Shown here: one piece after another, positions 1 to 5,878 of the stretch
Layout of the letters: every line of letters starts with the position of its first letter
Numbering within the stretch: the first letter of the stretch is position 1
NCBI GenBank assembly: GCA_022560555.1
Contig: JADFSZ010000103.1
Location: 1-6,363 of the forward strand
Length of the DNA stretch: 6,363 nucleotides
Direction of reading: 5' to 3'
Origin: PVC group bacterium
GTDB taxonomy: Bacteria > GCA-001730085 > JADFSZ01
Notes under the pieces: model-generated
The model's input: only the letters and a program-made list of their open reading frames with translations
What the model was told of the DNA's origin: nothing
Databases searched by the model: none
Program-made: the position numbers and the translations under genes

Positions 1-1047
1 TCCCCCTATCATAACGGTCATACTGCTCGCGTTGTTATCGGAGTGCTCACGAAATGTTTGATCATTCCAAACGGCGCCAAGAATCATTTCACGTTCTTGA
101 TGAGGAACCAGATACCCAAATCCTCGATAGGGATTCACTTTACGGTCAAATCCCAAGCTCACAATCGCTAGCGGAGCATATTCAATATCTTTGAGATTCC
201 GTATCAGTTCATCATGGGCTTCCGTGAGCAAGGTCGCGTTCTGATAAGCCGGCAAAGTGGTAATGACTTTATCAAAACTCCAGCTCACCCCCTGACTATA
301 AAGTCTAAATTTCCCATCAGAAAATGTGAGATCCTCAATCGGTGTTGAAAGCCTGAGATTCTTTTCGAGCCTTCTCGATAAATAATATGGCAGCATTTGC
401 ATGCCGTGACGGAAAGAAAAAAGCGCAGATTTGATTTTACTCTTTTGACTTTTGCCATTATGCTTACGCGCCCATCCTTTAATGAAAGAGCCATGTTTCG
501 ACTCAATGTTGGCAAGAGCAGGAAAAACAGAATGAAAACTCAACCGCTCAATATCTCCGGCCCATACACCGGACGCGAGAGGATCAATGATATTCTGGGT
601 GATGGATTCCCCGAATCTTCGTCGGGAAAAGCTTCCCAAGGTTTCATCGGGAACATTATACGGCTTTGCGGTCACATCCTTCCAAAGAGCTTTCATCCAA
701 CCACGTGTCAGCGGACTCGTAATAACTGATCCTAAGGATAGAGGAGCTTTATGCAAGCTCCTATCGCAATAGATGTAACGAACACTCGCTTCTTTGTTGG
801 CAAATATCACTTCACTACCAAGCCCGACATCATGCGAAAGCTCTAAAACTTCGGCGCCTTTCCCTTTTGGGCGGACGCCTCGCGGGCCCTGTTCGAATAC
901 AAATCCGCTTTGCTTCACGGTGCGGATATTTCCGCCAACTCGTGCTGATTTTTCAAAAATCTCAATCTCGCAACCAGGCTGCGACTCTTTTAAATAATAC
1001 CCTAAGGTCAAGCCGGATATTCCTGCCCCTAAAATAGCAATTCGCAT
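1..1047 (-). CDS. hemY: HemY-type protoporphyrinogen (or coproporphyrinogen III) oxidase, FAD-dependent. The first 349 codons are present and the C-terminal part lies beyond the left edge.
   Basis: My own translation of the minus strand from the ATG at 1047-1045 gives MRIAILGAGISGLTLGYYLKESQPGCEIEIFEKSARVGGNIRTVKQSGFVFEQGPRGVRPKGKGAEVLELSHDVGLGSEVIFANKEASVRYIY... It stays open through all 349 codons to base 1. The N-terminal GxGxxG Rossmann motif, then E-x5-R-x-GG and FEQGP, is the typical start of HemY/PPO amine-oxidase-fold enzymes. A GGAG sits about 10 nt upstream of the ATG. The gene is missing from the ORF track because its stop lies outside the window. Confidence 0.85.
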   Translation of the reverse strand, partial: MRIAILGAGISGLTLGYYLKESQPGCEIEIFEKSARVGGNIRTVKQSGFVFEQGPRGVRPKGKGAEVLELSHDVGLGSEVIFANKEASVRYIYCDRSLHKAPLSLGSVITSPLTRGWMKALWKDVTAKPYNVPDETLGSFSRRRFGESITQNIIDPLASGVWAGDIERLSFHSVFPALANIESKHGSFIKGWARKHNGKSQKSKIKSALFSFRHGMQMLPYYLSRRLEKNLRLSTPIEDLTFSDGKFRLYSQGVSWSFDKVITTLPAYQNATLLTEAHDELIRNLKDIEYAPLAIVSLGFDRKVNPYRGFGYLVPHQEREMILGAVWNDQTFREHSDNNASSMTVMIGG

Positions 1048-1085
1048 AACGATTCTTCTCCAGTATCCACACCATCCGAGAGGAA

Positions 1086-1682
1086 TTACTCCCCGGATTT
1101 AACCGATGGCAAATTACGCAGTTCCTTTAGTAATCTTGCCTCCATCGTTTTGCTAAGCCGAAAAAAACCCTTTTCGCTCATAATACGGTGGCTTCTGAAA
1201 CGCTCATAAGAATCACGTACAATTTTCCCATCTTCGATCTTAAAAAACCCCAAAAGGTCCTCCACGGGGATATCATCAATGTTTTTTTCATCACACCGCT
1301 GATCGACAACATAAATATATCCCCTTTTCTTTCGTTTTGCCATTTTCTTAAAACCCGGATCGTTAGGGGCATATTGTCTGATAAAATCATGCAGGAATTC
1401 GACAAACTTTTTATTCTGAACAAAATATTCGGGTGTCGCAGCTTGGTCTTGATTGTCGATCATTTCACCAAGCACAGCTTGGGTCGGGAGCCCCATACGT
1501 AACACATCCTTTTTCGTGAGCATGGATATCAGTGTATGTTGGTTCCCCTTAATTTCTATTCGGAAAGCCGTTACTTTGTCCGTTTTATTAGTACCGCCAC
1601 CATAGACGGGAGATAAAGAAATTGAGGACGTTATTAGAAAAACAGCACTGAGGACATGAAGTTTTGAAATATTATAAAGCAT
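1086..1682 (-). CDS. Hypothetical exported protein with an N-terminal signal peptide; family not recognised
   Basis: This is a 198-aa ORF from the track. The N-terminus MLYNISKLHVLSAVFLITSSISLSPVYGGG has a hydrophobic h-region typical of a Sec signal. The rest is hydrophilic with a basic KKMAKRKKR patch. It is co-directional with its neighbours and lies 38 nt upstream of hemY. Only a weak AGG sits upstream of the ATG. Confidence 0.7.
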   Translation of the reverse strand: MLYNISKLHVLSAVFLITSSISLSPVYGGGTNKTDKVTAFRIEIKGNQHTLISMLTKKDVLRMGLPTQAVLGEMIDNQDQAATPEYFVQNKKFVEFLHDFIRQYAPNDPGFKKMAKRKKRGYIYVVDQRCDEKNIDDIPVEDLLGFFKIEDGKIVRDSYERFRSHRIMSEKGFFRLSKTMEARLLKELRNLPSVKSGE

Positions 1683-1752
1683 TTTCTATTAGGACCTTAC
1701 ATAAAAACAGAACATCCATTTCTTATGATATGATAAAATGCGGCATGCAAAG

Positions 1753-1770
1753 CACGTCCCTCACGTCCCT
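1753..1770. repeat. Perfect tandem duplication of a 9-mer (cacgtccct x2). It abuts a small hairpin at 1766-1782 (tccctt / aaggga).
   Basis: Read directly: cacgtccct occurs at 1753-1761 and again at 1762-1770. Bases 1766-1771 (tccctt) pair with 1777-1782 (aaggga) around a 5-nt loop. It lies in the 175-bp intergenic gap between the ppiC stop and the start of the 198-aa gene. Confidence 0.9.
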
Positions 1771-1857
1771 TGTCAAAAGGGAACCCATTGTATCATAAAT
1801 GGTGAAATGACAAAGATTTATATCAAACTTGCTTCTTGCGAACCGGGTCGTTAATCA

Positions 1858-2139
1858 TCAATCGTTGCGATTTGTGATTTCAATTAAATGATAGCCAAAT
1901 TGAGTTTTAACAGGGCCATGGACTTTACCGATTTCTTCTTTAAAAACAACTTCGTCAAATTCTTTAACCATCTGACCGTTGGTAAATTCACCAAGATCAC
2001 CACCCTGTCGGCCTGAGGGACATTGGGAATGCTTTTTGGCCATTTCAGTAAATTCACTCCCTCCTTCGATTTTCTTTTTAATATCCTCACATTCCCCTTC
2101 GGTTTTAACAAGAATATGACGTGCTTTAGCTTTAGCCAT
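1858..2139 (-). CDS. ppiC: Parvulin-type peptidyl-prolyl cis-trans isomerase C
   Basis: The 93-aa product MAKAKARHILVKTEGECEDIKKKIEGGSEFTEMAKKHSQCPSGRQGGDLGEFTNGQMVKEFDEVVFKEEIGKVHGPVKTQFGYHLIEITNRND is collinear over its full length with E. coli PpiC. Shared blocks include HILV, AKKHS.CPSG..GGDLGEF..GQMV..FD.VVF and TQFGYH.I. A consensus SD AAGGAG (plus-strand ctcctt, 2145-2150) lies 5 nt upstream of the ATG. The gene ends with TGA at the position where PpiC homologues end. Confidence 0.95.
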   Translation of the reverse strand: MAKAKARHILVKTEGECEDIKKKIEGGSEFTEMAKKHSQCPSGRQGGDLGEFTNGQMVKEFDEVVFKEEIGKVHGPVKTQFGYHLIEITNRND

Positions 2140-2184
2140 GCTGACTCCTTTTTTTATTTTTGAAATTGATTCAGAAAAACCGGC

Positions 2185-2215
2185 ATTATAGTCAGTATAG
2201 TGCTGTTATAAGCAA
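2185..2215 (-). promoter_or_regulatory. Candidate sigma70-type promoter for ppiC: TTGCTT, 19-nt spacer, TATAAT
   Basis: On the minus strand, TTGCTT (2215-2210) and a perfect TATAAT (2190-2185) lie about 45 nt upstream of the ppiC ATG. The 19-nt spacer is longer than optimal. Confidence 0.3.
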
Positions 2216-2217
2216 CT

Positions 2218-2511
2218 CTATAATTGTACGACGGATCGGATAATGCGATCTAAGTATTTTTTATTTTTCACAATCGTTTCTTTCCCGGTTTTGGGCATTT
2301 TTTTTATCGCTATCTCAACTTTTAGCGCCAAACCCTTGCCGCCAATTTTTCGTCTTAGGACCAGTTTAAGAGGGGTATGCCCCCGGAGATATTTGGAACC
2401 ATATTTTCCTCCACGCTTATGCTGGATAAGTCTACGCCGGACATCCGTTGTTATCCCCGTATAGAGACTTCCGTCATCACGCCGAACCATATATATAAAC
2501 CATCCGTGCAT
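2218..2511 (-). CDS. GIY-YIG domain protein, UPF0213 (YhbQ-like) family
   Basis: The 97-aa product begins MHGWFIYMVRRDDGSLYTGITTDVRRRLIQHKRGG.. This matches the W.(V/I)Y(I/M)..... DGSLYTGIT.D..RRL..H signature of UPF0213 GIY-YIG proteins, followed by ALK.E.AIKK. Its start lies 2 nt after the methyltransferase stop. Confidence 0.9.
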   Translation of the reverse strand: MHGWFIYMVRRDDGSLYTGITTDVRRRLIQHKRGGKYGSKYLRGHTPLKLVLRRKIGGKGLALKVEIAIKKMPKTGKETIVKNKKYLDRIIRSVVQL

Positions 2512-2513
2512 AA

Positions 2514-3146
2514 TTAGTTTTTCGCAAAAATCACGACATCATCGCCGCAAAAAACCAGTGGGGCGTTCCAACTTTTCGCAAGCCATTTAAATGTAAAGTG
2601 AGAAAAGAAGCATATATGTGTTTCATCGTCCTTATAGTGCCACGATCGAAATCGAGAGGGCTCCAGGGCTCTTTTTGTCATAATGCCCAGATATCCGTTT
2701 TGTTTGAGACACCCCCACAATCTCTCAAGATCTTCCTTTGGGTTTTTTAAATGCTCAAGCACCTCCGTGGCCGTAATAAAATCATACCGATCGTTCCATA
2801 CATCCGGATTATAAGCAAAATAAGGGTCATATAGTACAACCGTATGCCCCACTTCTTCAAACATCACCGAGAGTGTCGGCCCGGGTCCGGCTCCAAAATC
2901 AAGACCGTAACTTTTGGGTTTCATTCTTTCAATCATGGGATGAAAAAGACGCCCTAAAAACTGACGATACCGAACATCTAACGGATTGTTTTGATGAAGA
3001 TCATACCTGGCTTTTTCGTCAGTTTCAGTTAAGAAATATTGGGATGGAACAAAAATCAGCCGGCACATTTGACATTGGATATATTCACGCCTGTTATCAC
3101 GATGGTACGAAGATAAGCTTCGGTTTTTACAAAGGGGACATGCCAT
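2514..3146 (-). CDS. Class I SAM-dependent methyltransferase with an N-terminal CxxC...CxxC zinc ribbon
   Basis: This is a 210-aa ORF. The N-terminal CPLC...(17 aa)...CQMC suggests a zinc ribbon. Motif I is LDFGAGPGP, followed by an acidic post-I residue (VVLYD) and ATEVLEHL (motif II/III region). It has no (D/N)PP(Y/F) motif, so it is not obviously a DNA N6/N4 methyltransferase. AAGGTG lies 10 nt upstream of the ATG. Confidence 0.9.
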   Translation of the reverse strand: MACPLCKNRSLSSYHRDNRREYIQCQMCRLIFVPSQYFLTETDEKARYDLHQNNPLDVRYRQFLGRLFHPMIERMKPKSYGLDFGAGPGPTLSVMFEEVGHTVVLYDPYFAYNPDVWNDRYDFITATEVLEHLKNPKEDLERLWGCLKQNGYLGIMTKRALEPSRFRSWHYKDDETHICFFSHFTFKWLAKSWNAPLVFCGDDVVIFAKN

Positions 3147-3188
3147 GAATTATTTTCACCTTTGTCTTGTCTCAAGGGGGCAAAAATA

Positions 3189-3335
3189 TTATTCATCCGT
3201 GCCTTCTTCGCCCAACAACTCTTTCACCATCAGAGCAACCTCACTCGCTTCCTCGTCCTGCCCATCAAAGGGCCCCGCAATAGCAAACGAAGCTACAGCC
3301 AAAAACAAAAATAATATACCAACAATTTTACGCAT
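3189..3335 (-). CDS. Small secreted acidic peptide precursor (48 aa), not in the supplied ORF track
   Basis: My own translation gives MRKIVGILFLFLAVASFAIAGPFDGQDEEASEVALMVKELLGEEGTDE*. A perfect AGGAGG (plus-strand cctcct, 3341-3346) lies 5 nt upstream of the ATG at 3335-3333. The sequence has a basic n-region, a hydrophobic core and an A-I-A|G signal-peptidase-I-like site. The predicted 28-aa mature part has 10 Asp/Glu and 1 Lys. The ORF fits the gap between the flanking genes without overlapping either, 26 nt after the DoxX-like stop and 42 nt before the methyltransferase start. Confidence 0.6.
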   Translation of the reverse strand: MRKIVGILFLFLAVASFAIAGPFDGQDEEASEVALMVKELLGEEGTDE

Positions 3336-3361
3336 AACATCCTCCTGTTTGATAGATTTTT

Positions 3362-3808
3362 TTAATCATGTCGCTTTGATCGGACCCCACCTCCCACAAC
3401 TAGAGCCGCGCTGATCAAAACAAGATTTTTTATGATATATTGGCCTTCCATAGTGAGCCCAAACGGAATTTTCGTAAAACACACATCCGGCAGTAATATC
3501 ATAGGTAGTGCTGTTCCCGGCATTTGCAAAAATAAAAGAAAGATCCCCAATCTTATGAGTGGCCTTATTATCAAGCAAAGGCCAATGACCACCTCCCACC
3601 AACCAAGTATCGGTATGAAGACCTCTGGTGAAAACCAGTAGACGGTGCGAGCAACAAGCTCCTGGGCGGGACTCATTCCAACAGTTTTAAGAGCGCCAAA
3701 CCATATAAAAATGATACCAAGGGAAACACGTAAAAAAAACGTCCCATGTCTACCCATCCAGTCGGAAATTTTGATGTCAAGTCTATCAATTTTCTTGAGG
3801 TACTTCAT
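3362..3808 (-). CDS. DoxX / DUF417 (YkgB-like) family integral membrane protein, about 4 TM helices
   Basis: This is a 148-aa ORF with four hydrophobic segments: FFLRVSLGIIFIWFGALKTV, VFIPILGWWEVVIGLCLII, LGIFLLFLQMPGTALPMILL and YIIKNLVLISAALVVGG. The first-helix pattern R.SLGI.F.WFG.LK and the terminal G.Y..K(N/D)L.L...A resemble E. coli YkgB/DUF417, recalled from memory. The start lies 7 nt after the EEP gene stop. Confidence 0.75.
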   Translation of the reverse strand: MKYLKKIDRLDIKISDWMGRHGTFFLRVSLGIIFIWFGALKTVGMSPAQELVARTVYWFSPEVFIPILGWWEVVIGLCLIIRPLIRLGIFLLFLQMPGTALPMILLPDVCFTKIPFGLTMEGQYIIKNLVLISAALVVGGGVRSKRHD

Positions 3809-3815
3809 AAAAACA

Positions 3816-4556
3816 TTACCTCGTCAATATCTCAAAGTCACATACAAGGGGCCGGTGATCGGAAAACCGGATATCCGGCATCTCAAAGGAATTGATTTTA
3901 ATTTGTGGACTATGAAGGATAAAATCCAGTTCTCTTTGGGGGGACCTGCTCGGATGAGAAAGATGCCCTTCTTTGTTCGCGTTCTTCAGTCCGGTTGAGG
4001 CTAAAAACAGCTTGAGCTCTCCGGCCCCCCAGCGTGTATTAAAATCCCCGGAGACAATAAGCGGTTTTTTGATTCTCTTCACATGCGTATAGATATCCTT
4101 CAGTTGTTCTTGTCTATGTCGGAACTTAAGAGAAAGATGGACCAGTAAAACAACAACATCTTCTAACTCAATTTCGATCATGAGTCGCTTAACTCCTTGT
4201 CGAAAATAATGAAAATCCTGTTTCTTTATTTCCATGTTGGTTAAAAATGCATTTCCCTGTTTTCTGATCAATGGAAGGGATTGCCAGATAGATTTTTGTA
4301 AATACTTTGATTGGTAGACATAGAAATGTTTCAGGTGTTGGGCCAAAACCTTAGGCTGGCTCTCATTATTGAAGCGTACCGAGCCGCAATCGGCCTCCAG
4401 AAGTCCAATGATATCCGGATTAGTTGATGTGATAAAGTTGACTAAAGTTGGAAACTTCTTGTGTGTTTTCTTGAGATAGCCACTAAAAGGAAGAGGAAAA
4501 TGAAATTTCCAGCCTCCTCCTGTCCCATAACGAATATTATACAGAAGAAATCGCAT
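3816..4556 (-). CDS. Endonuclease/exonuclease/phosphatase (EEP, DNase I-like fold) family protein
   Basis: The ORF contains the EEP blocks MRFLLYNIRYG (first strand with catalytic N), DIIGLLEAD (metal-binding E), VVLLVHLS, IVSGDFNT and FSDHRPLVCDFEI (SDH motif). The longest ORF in the track starts at 4595, 13 codons further upstream. I prefer the ATG at 4556 for two reasons. EEP proteins normally begin right at the hh.YN strand, and a good -10 hexamer overlaps the ATG at 4595. Confidence 0.88.
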   Translation of the reverse strand: MRFLLYNIRYGTGGGWKFHFPLPFSGYLKKTHKKFPTLVNFITSTNPDIIGLLEADCGSVRFNNESQPKVLAQHLKHFYVYQSKYLQKSIWQSLPLIRKQGNAFLTNMEIKKQDFHYFRQGVKRLMIEIELEDVVVLLVHLSLKFRHRQEQLKDIYTHVKRIKKPLIVSGDFNTRWGAGELKLFLASTGLKNANKEGHLSHPSRSPQRELDFILHSPQIKINSFEMPDIRFSDHRPLVCDFEILTR

Positions 4557-4593
4557 TTTTATTCCACTATTTTTGTATTCATGTATCGAGTAC

Positions 4594-4621
4594 ATTATAA
4601 GCTACTCTTGACGAATGACAA
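4594..4621 (-). promoter_or_regulatory. Candidate sigma70-type promoter for the EEP-to-GIY-YIG gene string: TTGTCA, 16-nt spacer, TATAAT
   Basis: On the minus strand, TTGTCA (4621-4616), a 16-nt spacer and a perfect TATAAT (4599-4594) lie in the 91-bp gap upstream of the EEP gene. The -10 hexamer overlaps the ATG at 4595-4593. Confidence 0.45.
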
Positions 4622-4645
4622 ACGTATAGTTATTCAGATTTGTCA
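4616..4645. promoter_or_regulatory. 7-bp inverted repeat TGACAAA-N16-TTTGTCA overlapping the candidate -35 (possible operator)
   Basis: Read directly: tgacaaa at 4616-4622 and tttgtca at 4639-4645 are perfect reverse complements, separated by 16 nt. One arm coincides with the -35 hexamer. Confidence 0.4.
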
Positions 4646-4686
4646 CCCCCAGTTCCATGGCATATTCGTGACGCGAGATTCTGACT

Positions 4687-5523
4687 TTACTTCCAAAAAC
4701 GATCGCTTTTAGGAATCGTTTTTTTTCTTCCTTCCTCCATGGGATCAAATCCCAGTTTCCCAAACAAGTACCACACCGAAGAAGATACTGACGGCATGGT
4801 TTCAGCTCCACGCCATAATTTCCCGTGCCCATAATGAGTCCCCTTATTTGTGACATAGGGGAGGCCCGCCTGATGAGATTTTTCCGATACAACCAAAATC
4901 ATTTTATTCATCTCACGAAGATATTTTTTGGCTTCGGCATACATCCCTGCGCTTTGAAAAGCCACGATCATCTGCCCTGTTCCCTCTAGCCAGATCGTAT
5001 CAAGATCTGTATCAAAGCAAAACCCTGACACTTTTTCACCATTCGCCACAGCTGTTTTCGTAACCACATACCGGTCCGTATTTTTAAGTATGTCTCTTGT
5101 CATCCTTGGAAAAGCGCAATACCCCCAAGAGTGTGTATCAAGAGCATATTGATAATTTTTATGCTCCCTCCACGAGAGAAATAATTTTTGATCTTTGTCC
5201 CAATAGCCTTTGCCAAGAAAATCAAGAATGCTCTTATGAAACTGATCATATCCGCTTACAGCATTAAACACGTCAATGATCGCTTCCGTCGACTTATCAA
5301 TCCGAACTCCGTCCTTATCAAATCCACCCCATACTCCTCCGGTACAAATTGTGGCTCTTTATCTGGCATGATTTGTCATTATGCCATAAATTTGACACTC
5401 AGTAAACGCTTCTAAATAAAAATGACGAAACGGTCTTGAAAGCCTTGCGAATCGCTGATTATTATTGTTTAAAAGATCAAGGCATTGGACCTGTAATACA
5501 TGCTTTAAATGAATCTTTTTCGG
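4687..5523 (-). pseudogene. Degraded gene for an (alpha/alpha)-toroid / six-hairpin-glycosidase-like protein. The 5' end is missing and there is an in-frame TAA at 5361-5359.
   Basis: The track ORF 4687-5271 begins at a GTG with no SD. The same frame stays open upstream for 29 more codons (RATICTGGVWGGFDKDGVRIDKSTEAIID) to a TAA at 5361-5359. It then stays open for another 54 codons (PKKIHLKHVLQVQCLDLLNNNNQRFARLSRPFRHFYLEAFTECQIYGIMTNHAR) up to a stop at 5526-5524. No usable start codon occurs in those upstream stretches. The helix-rich sequence with W/Y/G motifs (DTHSWGYCAF, IWLEGTGQM, PSVSSSVWYLFGKLGFDP) suggests an alpha/alpha-barrel fold, but that family call is tentative. Confidence 0.55.
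5436..5465 (+). promoter_or_regulatory. Weak candidate promoter for the plus-strand module: TTGAAA, 18-nt spacer, TATTAT
   Basis: ttgaaa at 5436-5441 and tattat at 5460-5465 lie about 78 nt upstream of the ATG at 5543. This is an AT-rich region where such matches arise by chance. Confidence 0.2.
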
Positions 5524-5542
5524 TTAAATAAAAAGGTAAATT

Positions 5543-5878
5543 ATGGACGGATTTCCAATTATTAATAAACTTGAGGTTGAAGGAGATGTAGCGCATGACG
5601 CTGTGGATTCAGGGAAGCCTGTAAAAATTGGGGTGAAGGTAGTTGATTATGAGCCGGATACTGAAGACGAACAGGGCCGAGCAGAGATCGCCGAAGGGGA
5701 TCGGGGCGATGTCGCGGCGAATTTGCGTCAGGAAATAATTGAAGGCGTGAATTCATTATTTCATTTGTTTGACGGCGAGTTCCCAAATACAGGACTTGAT
5801 GGTCTTTATGATGGTAGCCCAACTGAGTCAACGAGTGAAGTTGTAGAATGCTGGAATTATCGTTACGCTACTTTTTGA
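5543..5878 (+). CDS. Hypothetical acidic protein (111 aa as terminated at TGA). It is the first ORF of the plus-strand module and its family is not recognised.
   Basis: This track ORF reads MDGFPIINKLEVEGDVAHDAVDSGKPVKIGVKVVDYEPDTEDEQGRAEIAEGDRGDVAANLRQEIIEGV...ECWNYRYATF. AGGT lies 6 nt upstream of the ATG, and an in-frame TAA lies two codons upstream. The antisense ORF 5562-5831 is rich in R/Q/P/L and of low complexity, so the plus strand is the coding strand. Confidence 0.6.
   Translation: MDGFPIINKLEVEGDVAHDAVDSGKPVKIGVKVVDYEPDTEDEQGRAEIAEGDRGDVAANLRQEIIEGVNSLFHLFDGEFPNTGLDGLYDGSPTESTSEVVECWNYRYATF

Noticed and set aside
285-997. Track ORFs 285-515(-), 397-729(+), 587-772(+) and 794-997(+)
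   Set aside because: All lie inside the continuous 349-codon hemY frame. Their translations are of low complexity or rich in R/S/P/C, with no motifs. They are shadow ORFs.
1323-1349. KKMAKRKKR patch in the exported 198-aa protein as a nuclear-localisation signal or effector hint
   Set aside because: Lys/Arg runs are common in AT-rich genomes. I do not know that the organism is host-associated, and a Sec signal alone does not indicate delivery into a host cell.
2218-3146. Methyltransferase plus GIY-YIG nuclease as a restriction-modification pair
   Set aside because: The methyltransferase has a small-molecule/RNA-type class I fold signature. It has no (D/N)PP(Y/F/W) catalytic motif and no target-recognition domain. 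The GIY-YIG protein is the 97-aa UPF0213 type with no DNA-recognition domain. Adjacency alone is not enough.
5413-5534. 10-bp direct repeat taaataaaaa (5413-5422 and 5525-5534) as an att site or target-site duplication
   Set aside because: It is a short, A/T-only repeat in an AT-rich region, so chance occurrence is likely. Both copies lie on the same side of the proposed junction, so it does not bracket an element.
5702-5710. RGD tripeptide (EGDRGDVAANL) as an integrin-binding motif
   Set aside because: A tripeptide in a D/G/R-rich acidic segment is expected by chance, and there is no evidence about host or localisation.
5640-5730. GC-rich patch (33/60 and 28/60 G+C in two lines I counted, against about 20/60 in typical lines) as evidence of foreign origin
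   Set aside because: Similar local GC-rich patches occur inside hemY, for example around 841-900. The rest of the plus-strand module returns to about 33-47%. Composition therefore does not discriminate here.
1178-5831. Other overlapping track ORFs: 1178-1423(-), 1188-1502(+), 1884-2111(-), 2243-2464(+), 2873-3148(+), 3145-3414(+), 3366-3602(-), 3432-3641(+), 3645-3998(+), 4461-4712(+), 4602-4892(-), 5188-5415(+) and 5562-5831(-)
   Set aside because: Each is nested in, or antisense to, a longer ORF with recognisable family motifs or clearer coding character. None has an SD or recognisable motifs. ORF 3145-3414(+) is antisense to the small-peptide ORF and the DoxX-like 3' end.
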